From a virus (lineage: Duplodnaviria > Caudoviricetes): DNA of 52,656 nt. Below, one piece after another: positions 8,215 through 15,810 of this stretch (position 1 is its first letter; every line of letters begins with the position of its first letter). The position numbers and the translations under genes were made by a program. The stretch covers positions 1 to 52,656 of the IMG/VR virus record IMGVR_UViG_3300031801_000001. The stretch is one strand, 5' to 3'. Under the pieces are notes generated by a model. It was not told the DNA's origin and did not search any database. It saw only the letters and a list, made by a program, of their open reading frames with translations.

Positions 8215-8421
8215 TTAGTTATCCTCGGGTAGTTTCCACCGGCGCTCTTGGCGCAGATACAGGAACGAGCGAAGATCCCAAGCGAAAGCGAGGGCAATGA
8301 TCGTTCCGCCGATGAGTAGCCCCAAAGATGAGGTAGGTTCAAGGATCAGAATTCCAACGGCACAACCAACTAGAAAGTTATCCAAATATTTGCTACAAAA
8401 CTCTCGTACAAAATTAATCAC
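8215..8421 (-). CDS. Small membrane protein
   Basis: Two hydrophobic segments; overlaps the upstream stop. Confidence 0.55.
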   Translation of the reverse strand: MINFVREFCSKYLDNFLVGCAVGILILEPTSSLGLLIGGTIIALAFAWDLRSFLYLRQERRWKLPEDN

Positions 8422-8665
8422 TTTCTACCCCAACTACATAATCAACGTACTCGCAAAAAACCTTGCCATCCCAAAGGACTTCAACCCAATTATCGGTGGG
8501 GCGAGGGCGAGGGAACCGAGGGCGAGGGTGAGGGTGAGGGTGCCACCGAGGGCGAAGGCGAAGGCGAGGGCGAGGGCTTGGCTCCGTCAAAACCAATCCA
8601 CAACCAAACTCTTTCATATCACCCTCAAAATATTTACAGTTGTACTGTACAAGCCTGCCGATCAC
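8414..8665 (-). CDS. SH3-like variable-insert paralog B (GTG start)
   Basis: FGCGLVLTEP-[28 aa]-DNWVEVLW. Confidence 0.7.
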   Translation of the reverse strand: MIGRLVQYNCKYFEGDMKEFGCGLVLTEPSPRPRLRLRPRWHPHPHPRPRFPRPRPTDNWVEVLWDGKVFCEYVDYVVGVESD

Positions 8666-8669
8666 GATT

Positions 8670-9350
8670 TTACTTCCGCTTAAAAAGTTTATCAACCGGA
8701 GCCGTATCGTTGACGAAACCTGCCGGGGGGGCAAAAGGTGTGGAAGAGGGAGAAACGATATCAATAAGCGCCTCTCCGCACGCCGCCCAGCTTCCCTTGA
8801 TCAAAACCGTCTCGCCATCCATTCCGAACATATCCGGGGGATCGATAGATACTTTCCGATCAAAACGGATCATTTCCCTAGCTTTAAAAAGGCGCACCTT
8901 GCCGCCAGAAAGAGCCGCCGTGCAAAAATCCCAATGAATACCAGTCAAGAAAAACAGGCGATCATTGCCAGCGTGGTCCCATCCGTGCTGCGGCATCTTA
9001 ACCAAAGCACCGGGACCGATCCCATCACGCTCAAGGCACGCCACAAAGTCAGCACGCCACTTACGGCTAGCAGCCAAATGCGCAATCTTATCACTCTTGA
9101 GCCGCTTGCAAGTGCGCCGGTTATGCCCGGTGGCTTTATTCCGATCTTTCCAATCTAGCACGAGGACACAGTAGGAGCATTTGCGGGGGGCACGATCATT
9201 CTTTCGCTGGATTGCTTTCTCTGCGCCATAATCCCACTCAACCTCGCCACTCTCAAGTTTGCGGACCCGCTCCAAAAGGGAGGGGCACGTCGCCCGGTTA
9301 TGTCCGGTGGCACTACAATTGCTACAACGGCTTGGGTAGCGAAAACTCAT
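8670..9350 (-). CDS. Double CCHC Zn-knuckle protein, paralog 1
   Basis: CSNCSATGHNRATC (C-x2-C-x4-H-x4-C), CSYC...GHNRRTC, GIGPGAL. Confidence 0.8.
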   Translation of the reverse strand: MSFRYPSRCSNCSATGHNRATCPSLLERVRKLESGEVEWDYGAEKAIQRKNDRAPRKCSYCVLVLDWKDRNKATGHNRRTCKRLKSDKIAHLAASRKWRADFVACLERDGIGPGALVKMPQHGWDHAGNDRLFFLTGIHWDFCTAALSGGKVRLFKAREMIRFDRKVSIDPPDMFGMDGETVLIKGSWAACGEALIDIVSPSSTPFAPPAGFVNDTAPVDKLFKRK

Positions 9351-9379
9351 TCTTTAATCCCTCTCCTGTCTACTCATAT

Positions 9380-9408
9380 AATTTAAGGACGATTTGAGGG
9401 TTTGTCAA
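9380..9408 (-). promoter_or_regulatory. Sigma70-type early promoter
   Basis: TTGACA-N17-TAAATT; 9375-9422 is identical to 10371-10418. Confidence 0.85.
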
Positions 9409-9428
9409 GGGGTTAAATTGAATTCTTT

Positions 9429-9671
9429 TTAGATCTCGACAAGAAAATCTACAAACTCCCAATAAATCTTTCCGTTCCAAAGAACTTTAACCCAATTGTC
9501 AGTAGGGTGAGGGTGAGGAAGGCGAGGGCGAGGGTGAGGGAGAAGGCGAGGGTGAGGGTGAGGGCGAGGGACCGGGCGAGGGCTTGGCTCCGTCAGAACC
9601 AATCCACAACCAAACCCTTTTATATCACCCTCAAAATATTTACAGTTGTACTGTACAAGCCTGCCGATCAC
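9429..9671 (-). CDS. SH3-like variable-insert paralog C (GTG start)
   Basis: FGCGLVLTEP-[28 aa]-DNWVKVLW. Confidence 0.7.
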   Translation of the reverse strand: MIGRLVQYNCKYFEGDIKGFGCGLVLTEPSPRPVPRPHPHPRLLPHPRPRLPHPHPTDNWVKVLWNGKIYWEFVDFLVEI

Positions 9672-9681
9672 GATCCGACCC

Positions 9682-10347
9682 CTAAACTGTGAAAAACTCT
9701 TCAACGGGCGTCGGGTCATCAACAAACCCAACCGGGGGAATAAACGTCAGTTTAGATGGCGAAGCAACCTTGATGTTGCTAGCGCCGCAATCGAGGCTGC
9801 TCATTTTGGTTAGCGGAGTTACGCCGTCCATACCGAACATATCAGGAAGGGCAATACTGGTCGTGCGATGGAATTTATCCATCGAGCGGACCGTCAAAGC
9901 GATAATCTTATTTTTAGCCTGCTCAGGCGTGCAACGATCCCACAAAAGATCGACCGCAAAGTAGAGCATAGAACCCTGAGGTTCTGCCGAACGGGGAACC
10001 CTAATCAAAGCACCGGGACCGATCCCGTCACGCTCAAGGGCATTCAGGAAATCACCACGCCAAGTACGAAATTCCGCCAGCTTGGTAACCTTATCACTCT
10101 TGAGTCGCTTGCAAGTGCGCCGGTTATGACCTGACGCAAGCTCGCGCCAGTCGAGGAAGCGGGTGCAATAAGAGCATTTATTCGGGCGTCTCCCCGCCTT
10201 TCGGCGGATCGCTTGCGAGGCACTATAATCATAATCGATTTCGCCACTCTCAAGTTTGCGGACCCGCTCTTTGAGTTCGGGGCACGTTGTCCGGTTATGC
10301 CCGGTGGTATCACAATTGCCGCAACGACTTGGATAACGAAAGCTCAT
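9682..10347 (-). CDS. Double CCHC Zn-knuckle protein, paralog 2
   Basis: CGNCDTTGHNRTTC; CSYC...GHNRRTC. Confidence 0.8.
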   Translation of the reverse strand: MSFRYPSRCGNCDTTGHNRTTCPELKERVRKLESGEIDYDYSASQAIRRKAGRRPNKCSYCTRFLDWRELASGHNRRTCKRLKSDKVTKLAEFRTWRGDFLNALERDGIGPGALIRVPRSAEPQGSMLYFAVDLLWDRCTPEQAKNKIIALTVRSMDKFHRTTSIALPDMFGMDGVTPLTKMSSLDCGASNIKVASPSKLTFIPPVGFVDDPTPVEEFFTV

Positions 10348-10375
10348 ACTTAGTGTATCTCCTGTCTACCCATAT

Positions 10376-10404
10376 AATTTAAGGACGATTTGAGGGTTTG
10401 TCAA
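10376..10404 (-). promoter_or_regulatory. Sigma70-type early promoter
   Basis: TTGACA-N17-TAAATT. Confidence 0.85.
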
Positions 10405-10441
10405 GGGGTTAAATTGAACTTTTTTAATTGATCGAATTCAA

Positions 10442-10630
10442 TCACGGTCGAAGCTTGGATGCAATTTCAAGTTCCTTGCTGGAAAATTCACATTCATTTT
10501 CCTCGCCAGAAACCCACGTTACCAAATAAGATGTGCGAACCATATCATTTACCACTTCACGGACCACGCCAAGATCAGAGCGGGTGGCATTATAGCAAAT
10601 GAACGTTACCAAATCTCCAACCTCAATCAT
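10442..10630 (-). CDS. Small SH3/KOW-like protein
   Basis: MIEVGDLVTF...LGVVREV...YLVTW. Confidence 0.65.
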   Translation of the reverse strand: MIEVGDLVTFICYNATRSDLGVVREVVNDMVRTSYLVTWVSGEENECEFSSKELEIASKLRP

Positions 10631-10633
10631 TTT

Positions 10634-11356
10634 TTACTTCTTGAGATCGAAAATTGCCTTAACCGGCGCAGGATCATCATAAAATTCCTCAGGAACTTCA
10701 AACTCCAAAGTCGAAGGACTAGCAATGCTCCACTTGCTCTCGCCAAATTCCCGCCACTGCTCCCTGGTCAATTCAGTCTTGCCGTCCATTCCCAAAAGGT
10801 CAGGAGTACCCACGGTGCAACGCTGATTAAACTCAGTCATAGCTCGACCTTCAAAAATAGCGTTGCGGGGGTTCCCGATCCGAGAATATAGGCAATGTTC
10901 CCACTTGATTTTATCAAGGAAATAAAGCTTCGACGGGCGGTGATAACGAGATTTTGGATCGTCAAGATCCTCGCCAATCCACTTAATGATCGCGCCGGGA
11001 CCGAGCCCCTCACGTTTCAGAACCCTTACGAAATCCTTGCGCCAAGCCGTATTCCTTTTAATATCCTCAGCTAAATCAACCTTGAGGGTGGCGCAACTTC
11101 GGCGGTTATGCCCGATAGCCTTGTGCTGGTCATCATAATCGAGGATGCAACGGCAGTAGCTACATTTACGCTTGATTGTCGCATTCTTACGGCGGATCTT
11201 GCGCTCTTTCTCGCAGGTAGCGGCGTAATCGTATTCAACCTCGCCCTCGTCAAGCTTGCGGATCCGCTCAGTCATTGTAGGGCAAGTTGTCCTGTTATGT
11301 CCCTTGTCGAAACAAATTCCACAACGGGGGCGGCGGCGACCACTATAATAACTCAC
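10634..11356 (-). CDS. Double CCHC Zn-knuckle protein, paralog 3
   Basis: CGICFDKGHNRTTC; CSYC...GHNRRSC; GLGPGAI. Confidence 0.8.
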   Translation of the reverse strand: MSYYSGRRRPRCGICFDKGHNRTTCPTMTERIRKLDEGEVEYDYAATCEKERKIRRKNATIKRKCSYCRCILDYDDQHKAIGHNRRSCATLKVDLAEDIKRNTAWRKDFVRVLKREGLGPGAIIKWIGEDLDDPKSRYHRPSKLYFLDKIKWEHCLYSRIGNPRNAIFEGRAMTEFNQRCTVGTPDLLGMDGKTELTREQWREFGESKWSIASPSTLEFEVPEEFYDDPAPVKAIFDLKK

Positions 11357-11384
11357 GCTTATCTATTCTCCTGTCTACCCATAT

Positions 11385-11413
11385 AATTTAAGAACGATTT
11401 ACCTAAAGGTCAA
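11385..11413 (-). promoter_or_regulatory. Sigma70-type early promoter
   Basis: TTGACC-N17-TAAATT. Confidence 0.8.
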
Positions 11414-11604
11414 GGGGTAAAACCAATTTTGTTGAAAGAATATTCTGACTCGATCTTGGTTTTAATCTTGCATGAAGCGCATACAGTATAAATAGAATTA
11501 TTCACGATATGAGCCTTGTACAAATAACGTGCCATATTCCAAGAGCCAACAAACCCTACGAGTCCAACGACGCCGAGAGTAGAAAGTGCAGTAATTGTAA
11601 ACAT
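11410..11604 (-). CDS. Small membrane-anchored protein
   Basis: N-terminal hydrophobic helix, CxxC. Confidence 0.5.
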   Translation of the reverse strand: MFTITALSTLGVVGLVGFVGSWNMARYLYKAHIVNNSIYTVCASCKIKTKIESEYSFNKIGFTP

Positions 11605-11808
11605 TTATAGCATCTTAAAGCAATTAGATGGAATTGTAAATGACTTCCCGCCGTTTACATAAATTCTGTAAAGTTTTGTTCCTCTTCTCCCAATTTTAAC
11701 TTCTTCAATGATTACACAGAGAACACCTGAATTAATCTTTGGATATCGTCCCTCAAGGCTAGGCGTTAGAGGAATAGGAACATTAAATTCAACCAATTTT
11801 TCGATCAT
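11605..11808 (-). CDS. Small SH3-like protein
   Basis: MIEKLVEFN...LCVIIEE...YRIYV. Confidence 0.55.
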   Translation of the reverse strand: MIEKLVEFNVPIPLTPSLEGRYPKINSGVLCVIIEEVKIGRRGTKLYRIYVNGGKSFTIPSNCFKML

Positions 11809-12053
11809 TCTTTGATCTCGGCAAGATAATTTGCGTACTCGCAAAAAACCTTGCCATCCCAAAGGACTTCAACCCAATTATCGGTGGGGCGAGGTCGACC
11901 CTGGTGAGAGCGAGGGCGAGGGCGAGGGCGAGGGTGGAGGCGAGGGCGAGGGAGAAGGAGAGGGCTTGGCTCCGTCAAAACCAATCCACAACCAAACTCT
12001 TTCATATCACCCTCAAAAAACTTGGAATTGAACTGAACAAGCTTGCCGATCAT
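11805..12053 (-). CDS. SH3-like variable-insert paralog D
   Basis: GGAGG RBS; FGCGLVLTEP-[28 aa]-DNWVEVLW. Confidence 0.7.
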   Translation of the reverse strand: MIGKLVQFNSKFFEGDMKEFGCGLVLTEPSPLLLPRPRLHPRPRPRPRSHQGRPRPTDNWVEVLWDGKVFCEYANYLAEIKE

Positions 12054-12068
12054 CTTTCCTCCACCCAT

Positions 12069-12097
12069 AATATAAGCACCCTCAACCCCAAAGTCAA
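12069..12097 (-). promoter_or_regulatory. Sigma70-type early promoter
   Basis: TTGACT-N17-TATATT. Confidence 0.8.
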
Positions 12098-12122
12098 GAG
12101 GGCAAATCAAAAAACTTTATAA

Positions 12123-12205
12123 AACAAGAAACGTGCCAAGCTTCAACCAGATCCAACCTCACGCATATAAAAGAATGACGCACGCGCGTAGCAAGAAATG
12201 TGCCA
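12123..12205 (-). promoter_or_regulatory. Two tandem sigma54 -24/-12 boxes
   Basis: TGGCACATTTCTTGCT (12205-12190) and TGGCACGTTTCTTGTT (12138-12123) in the divergent intergenic region. Confidence 0.6.
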
Positions 12206-12225
12206 AAAAAAGATCATTTAACCTC

Positions 12226-12253
12226 TTGACTTAACGAAACGACGACTTATATT
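12226..12253 (+). promoter_or_regulatory. Sigma70-type promoter, divergent
   Basis: TTGACT-N16-TATATT. Confidence 0.7.
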
Positions 12254-12259
12254 ATAGAG

Positions 12260-12475
12260 GTGACAAGTGTAACCAATGATTATCTAAAAAATGGCACCCT
12301 TGTTCGGTGGCATAACGATTTCATTACAAAAGACCTACCTATAAAATCATATCTTGGCACCGTTCTTAATGTACGCGCAACGGAAGGAGGGCTTCCTGAA
12401 TATAAAATCTTATGGGCTGTCGATGGTAGAATTGACTGGACTAATTCGATCTCGGAATATGAGATTGTAGCATGA
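12260..12475 (+). CDS. Small SH3/KOW-like protein
   Basis: KNGTLVRW...LGTVLNV...YKILW. Confidence 0.65.
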   Translation: MTSVTNDYLKNGTLVRWHNDFITKDLPIKSYLGTVLNVRATEGGLPEYKILWAVDGRIDWTNSISEYEIVA

Positions 12476-12669
12476 ACCAAAAATATAAGATCGGTGTTCT
12501 CGTTCGATGGCACAATAACGAACTAAGTGAAGATCTACCCGACGATTCATATCTCGGCTTGGTTGTTGATACGGAAAACTCTTTAGGCAATCCTGACATT
12601 AAAGTTCTTTGGAATGATGGACTTTCTTCATGGTGTTATGCTGACGGGGATTTTGAGATTTTGTCGTGA
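12472..12669 (+). CDS. Small SH3/KOW-like protein, paralog of the previous gene
   Basis: KIGVLVRWHN...SYLGLVV...IKVLW. Confidence 0.65.
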   Translation: MNQKYKIGVLVRWHNNELSEDLPDDSYLGLVVDTENSLGNPDIKVLWNDGLSSWCYADGDFEILS

Positions 12670-12809
12670 GCAATAAAATCAAAGTTGGGGATCTTGTCTC
12701 AAGTCTAGATAATTCAAGTGCGCGAGTTCTTTGGAACGATGGAAAAATTAGTTATATCTGGTCAGATGAGGATTTGTTAAGCCCAAATTACGAACTTTTA
12801 GTCCCTTGA
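12666..12809 (+). CDS. Shortened SH3/KOW-like protein, 47 aa (not in ORF track)
   Basis: IKVGDLVSS...RVLWNDG. Confidence 0.5.
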   Translation: MSNKIKVGDLVSSLDNSSARVLWNDGKISYIWSDEDLLSPNYELLVP

Positions 12810-12834
12810 CAACTCCAACTTTCATGCTTATATT
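12806..12834 (+). promoter_or_regulatory. Sigma70-type promoter
   Basis: TTGACA-N17-TATATT. Confidence 0.8.
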
Positions 12835-12920
12835 ATACACATGGAAGAAACATTTTCACTTTTTACTTTTTTCATTGTCCTCGGAACATTTTGGTTCGAG
12901 TTGACTCAGGAAGATAACTA

Positions 12921-13616
12921 ATGCGTTGTTCTTATTGCTGGAATCGTGAAGGTCATAACCGGCTTGGATGCCCGAAACGAAAAGCAATTATTATTGCCAA
13001 CCCTGACGGGTGGGAAGCAACTAGGGAAGCCCAACGACAAACTGCACTCACGAAGCGCAAATGCTCTTATTGCCGAAAGGTTACCCGGCAAGGGACCGAA
13101 AAAGAGCAAGCAAGCGCATTTGGGCACAACCGACGTAGCTGCAAAAAACTCGCAACTGCCTCTGCAAAAGCCAAAAAGCTTTGCCGTAAGTGGCGACAAG
13201 ATCTTAAAGATACCTGCAAAACGGAAGGCGTAGGAGTGGGTGCGTTACTTAGCGTTCCTCAAGATGAATGGTCTAATAATGGAGAATACACACCCACTAG
13301 GAGACTATTGCTCGTAACGGGAATCAGCTTTACAACATGGGATCATCAAGAGCTTAACCACGAAAGCGCAAATACAGATATGAGGTGCAATCCCTGGATT
13401 ATTCAAGGACGATGGGTTCACAACAACCAAAAAGGATCTTCCAAATTTCCAAAACTTATTCATTCTGATTATGAAAGTGGATTTCTACTTTCTGAGGCAA
13501 GCAAAAGCCATTTTGGTTCAGAAGGATGTACAATTGTAGCCCCATCTAAGGGAGAGCTTGGCTTTACCGATAGCTGGATCAACGATGAAAAAGCGGTTGA
13601 TCATCTTTTCAGGTAG
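12921..13616 (+). CDS. Double CCHC Zn-knuckle protein, paralog 4 (divergent)
   Basis: CSYCWNREGHNRLGC; CSYC...GHNRRSC; GVGVGALL. Confidence 0.8.
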   Translation: MRCSYCWNREGHNRLGCPKRKAIIIANPDGWEATREAQRQTALTKRKCSYCRKVTRQGTEKEQASAFGHNRRSCKKLATASAKAKKLCRKWRQDLKDTCKTEGVGVGALLSVPQDEWSNNGEYTPTRRLLLVTGISFTTWDHQELNHESANTDMRCNPWIIQGRWVHNNQKGSSKFPKLIHSDYESGFLLSEASKSHFGSEGCTIVAPSKGELGFTDSWINDEKAVDHLFR

Positions 13617-13685
13617 AATTAACGGAAAAATCGTTTGGCTCAACCGATCAAGTTTTAAGGTTTTGGAAAACGACCCAAATCAGTA

Positions 13686-15063
13686 ATGCGCAAAATCCCT
13701 AACAAATCCGAACTTTCCTACAGTGGTCTAATCGTGGGAGATCTCGTATACGCATACGATCCTGAGGATGATGCAATTGCTAACGGGGATAGGGGTATTA
13801 TTATTGAGTTGATTGAAGAAGTTGATGCGGTTCAAGTTCATTGGACTCGCCGGAAAGAAGTTAAGGCTGAGAGTTGTGAAAATCTTTATTGTCCTCGATT
13901 GAATTAGCTGATGAAAAATTTGTTAAAGATTGGTTCAATTATTGAATATTCTGTTAATGACGCTCCCGTAGATGTTGGAATCGTCATTAACCAAACCGCA
14001 ATAAACAACGAATTTGCAGTATGGAGAGTGTGGTTTGCGGCAGGGGAAAAGTTTCATTATATCAACGAAACTTGGTTTTACGAACGCTACCGTTTGATTC
14101 AAAAATAGGTTTTTGATTTTATGTCTCGCGAAAAATTCAAGGTTGGTCAGTTAGTTAGACATCGTAGTTGGAGTTATGGCTTTGGATTAGTTATTGGTTT
14201 TGACCACGACGGAGATCCGACAATTGCGTGGAATAGTGGAGAAACTTCTTCAGAGTGGTATTCTCACGTTTTAATTGTTTCAGATATTTCATAGGTTTTT
14301 GATTTTATGTCTCGCGAAAAATTCAAGGTTGGTCAGTTAGTGCGTTTTCCAGCGAATCGCTGGAAATTTCTAGCGAAAGATAATAAACGTAATTACGATA
14401 AAATTGAATCATTAATTGGTTTAGTTGTAAGACTCAGAAAGCCTGACAATGCTCCAGTTGTTTTTTGGAATAATGAAAGAACTTATCAAGCGGATCCATA
14501 CGCCATTGAAGTTATCTCAGACGTTCCATAGGGTTTTGGATTTTGGAAAAAATTAAAGTTGGAGCTTTGGTTAAAATTACCACTGCAACAGACTGGTTTG
14601 GGATTTGCATTGTTTTGGAAATTCATGAGAAAAGCGGGGCAGCGTGGATGAAGCATCCAACAGCAAAAATCTGGACAAAGCACGGAATTCGTCATAAGAT
14701 TGTGCAAGATTTAGAACTTGTTAGATAATAAATTCAAGGTTGGAGATCTTATTGTTGGAAACATCAAACAATACAAATTATTTATTTGGGATGAAGATGA
14801 ATTCAATTATTATGTTGTTGATGTTGAAAATTCGTTGAAACAATGGATTATGTTTAAGTCCTTGACAGATGATAGCTATGAAAAAATCTAAGTTTAAAAT
14901 TGGTGACTTGGTTGTCTACGATGCAAATAAAACCACAATATGGGAAAGAGAAAAGCAACTTATTGGAATAATAATTGAAACGTTCATCAAAACAAGTCTT
15001 ATTTACTGGAACAACCGAAAAAGACATCACGAACATAACGATTACCTAAAAGTTATCTCATAA
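13686..15063 (+). CDS. Tandem run of six small SH3/KOW-like genes (13686-13907, 13911-14108, 14121-14294, 14307-14531, 14543-14728, 14869-15063)
   Basis: Each has K/IVGxLV...GLV/GII...V-x-W; 14121-14294 (MSREKFKVGQLVRH...) is absent from the ORF track. Confidence 0.65.
14105..14341 (+). repeat. 51-bp exact direct repeat (14105-14155 and 14291-14341)
   Basis: ATAGGTTTTTGATTTTATGTCTCGCGAAAAATTCAAGGTTGGTCAGTTAGT occurs twice. Confidence 0.9.
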
Positions 15064-15759
15064 TCATCTTTTTGAATTTTGATTTTTGACTTTCTTACAA
15101 CTCACTGAAACTTCATAGAACTCTGGCTTTTCAATAAAGCCTCTAGTCTGACAGTCGATGCAGGGATCGTTAATGATCTTTCCCCTTCCGACACAAATCG
15201 GACACATCTTTGAAGAGTGATACATCGCTCCACCCATTTGTTTAACTTCGATAATTTCACCATTTTCGCAGTTTTTACAATTTTTCTTTTCTTTTCCTCC
15301 GACTCCATCACAAGCCTTGCACTTGTCATGCGACATCACCCTAAACATTTGTTTGGCTATGCCTTTTTTAAGCTCAACTAAAGAAATTTGAAAACTAAAC
15401 ACCGCGTCATCAGGAGAGGGCGACTCGGGTGTGTCACTGCCACCGGAGGGATTGCTATCACCAAAACCTCTAAAGCGAGCGCCCCCACGGTGTCTAAAAT
15501 GATTTAAAATATCATTAAGATCCATTCCATGAGTATCTTGTCTTTGTGTTGCATGTCTCCTGAAGTCGTACTCACTTCTTTTTGCTTCATCGCCAAGAGT
15601 ATCATACGCAGCAGTGATATCTTTGAATCTAGATTCAATTTTTTCGTTATTTGGATTCTTATCTGGGTGATATTGTTTCGCTAAATCTCGATAAGCTTTC
15701 TTCAAATCATCTTGCGACACATGTTCATCAACGCCTAAGACTTCATAGTAATCAGTCAT
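15064..15759 (-). CDS. dnaJ: DnaJ-like co-chaperone: J domain plus Zn finger, C-terminally short
   Basis: DYYEVLGV, YHPDKNP, CKACDGVG, CPICVGRG. Confidence 0.9.
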   Translation of the reverse strand: MTDYYEVLGVDEHVSQDDLKKAYRDLAKQYHPDKNPNNEKIESRFKDITAAYDTLGDEAKRSEYDFRRHATQRQDTHGMDLNDILNHFRHRGGARFRGFGDSNPSGGSDTPESPSPDDAVFSFQISLVELKKGIAKQMFRVMSHDKCKACDGVGGKEKKNCKNCENGEIIEVKQMGGAMYHSSKMCPICVGRGKIINDPCIDCQTRGFIEKPEFYEVSVSCKKVKNQNSKR

Positions 15760-15781
15760 TTGTTATCCTGTTGTTACTAAC

Positions 15782-15810
15782 AATATAAGCACTTTTTGTG
15801 CGTTTGTCAA
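15782..15810 (-). promoter_or_regulatory. Sigma70-type promoter for dnaJ
   Basis: TTGACA-N17-TATATT. Confidence 0.75.

Noticed and set aside
9308-9323. Sigma54-like TGGCACTACAATTGCT, and TGGCACGTTATTTGTA near 11520-11535
   Set aside because: Both lie within coding sequence and are explained by codons (CSNCSAT; MARYLY). The paralogous position is degenerate.
6252-12053. CRISPR array or diversity-generating retroelement
   Set aside because: The units are dispersed within ORFs with no regular repeat-spacer period, the differences are not adenine-specific, and no cas or reverse transcriptase gene is in the window.
6325-12122. Plus-strand ORFs over the repeats (RARARA, GRGRGR or GEGEGE frames)
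   Set aside because: No RBS or promoter, inconsistent starts and stops between copies, and they oppose a conserved minus-strand family. They are shadow ORFs.
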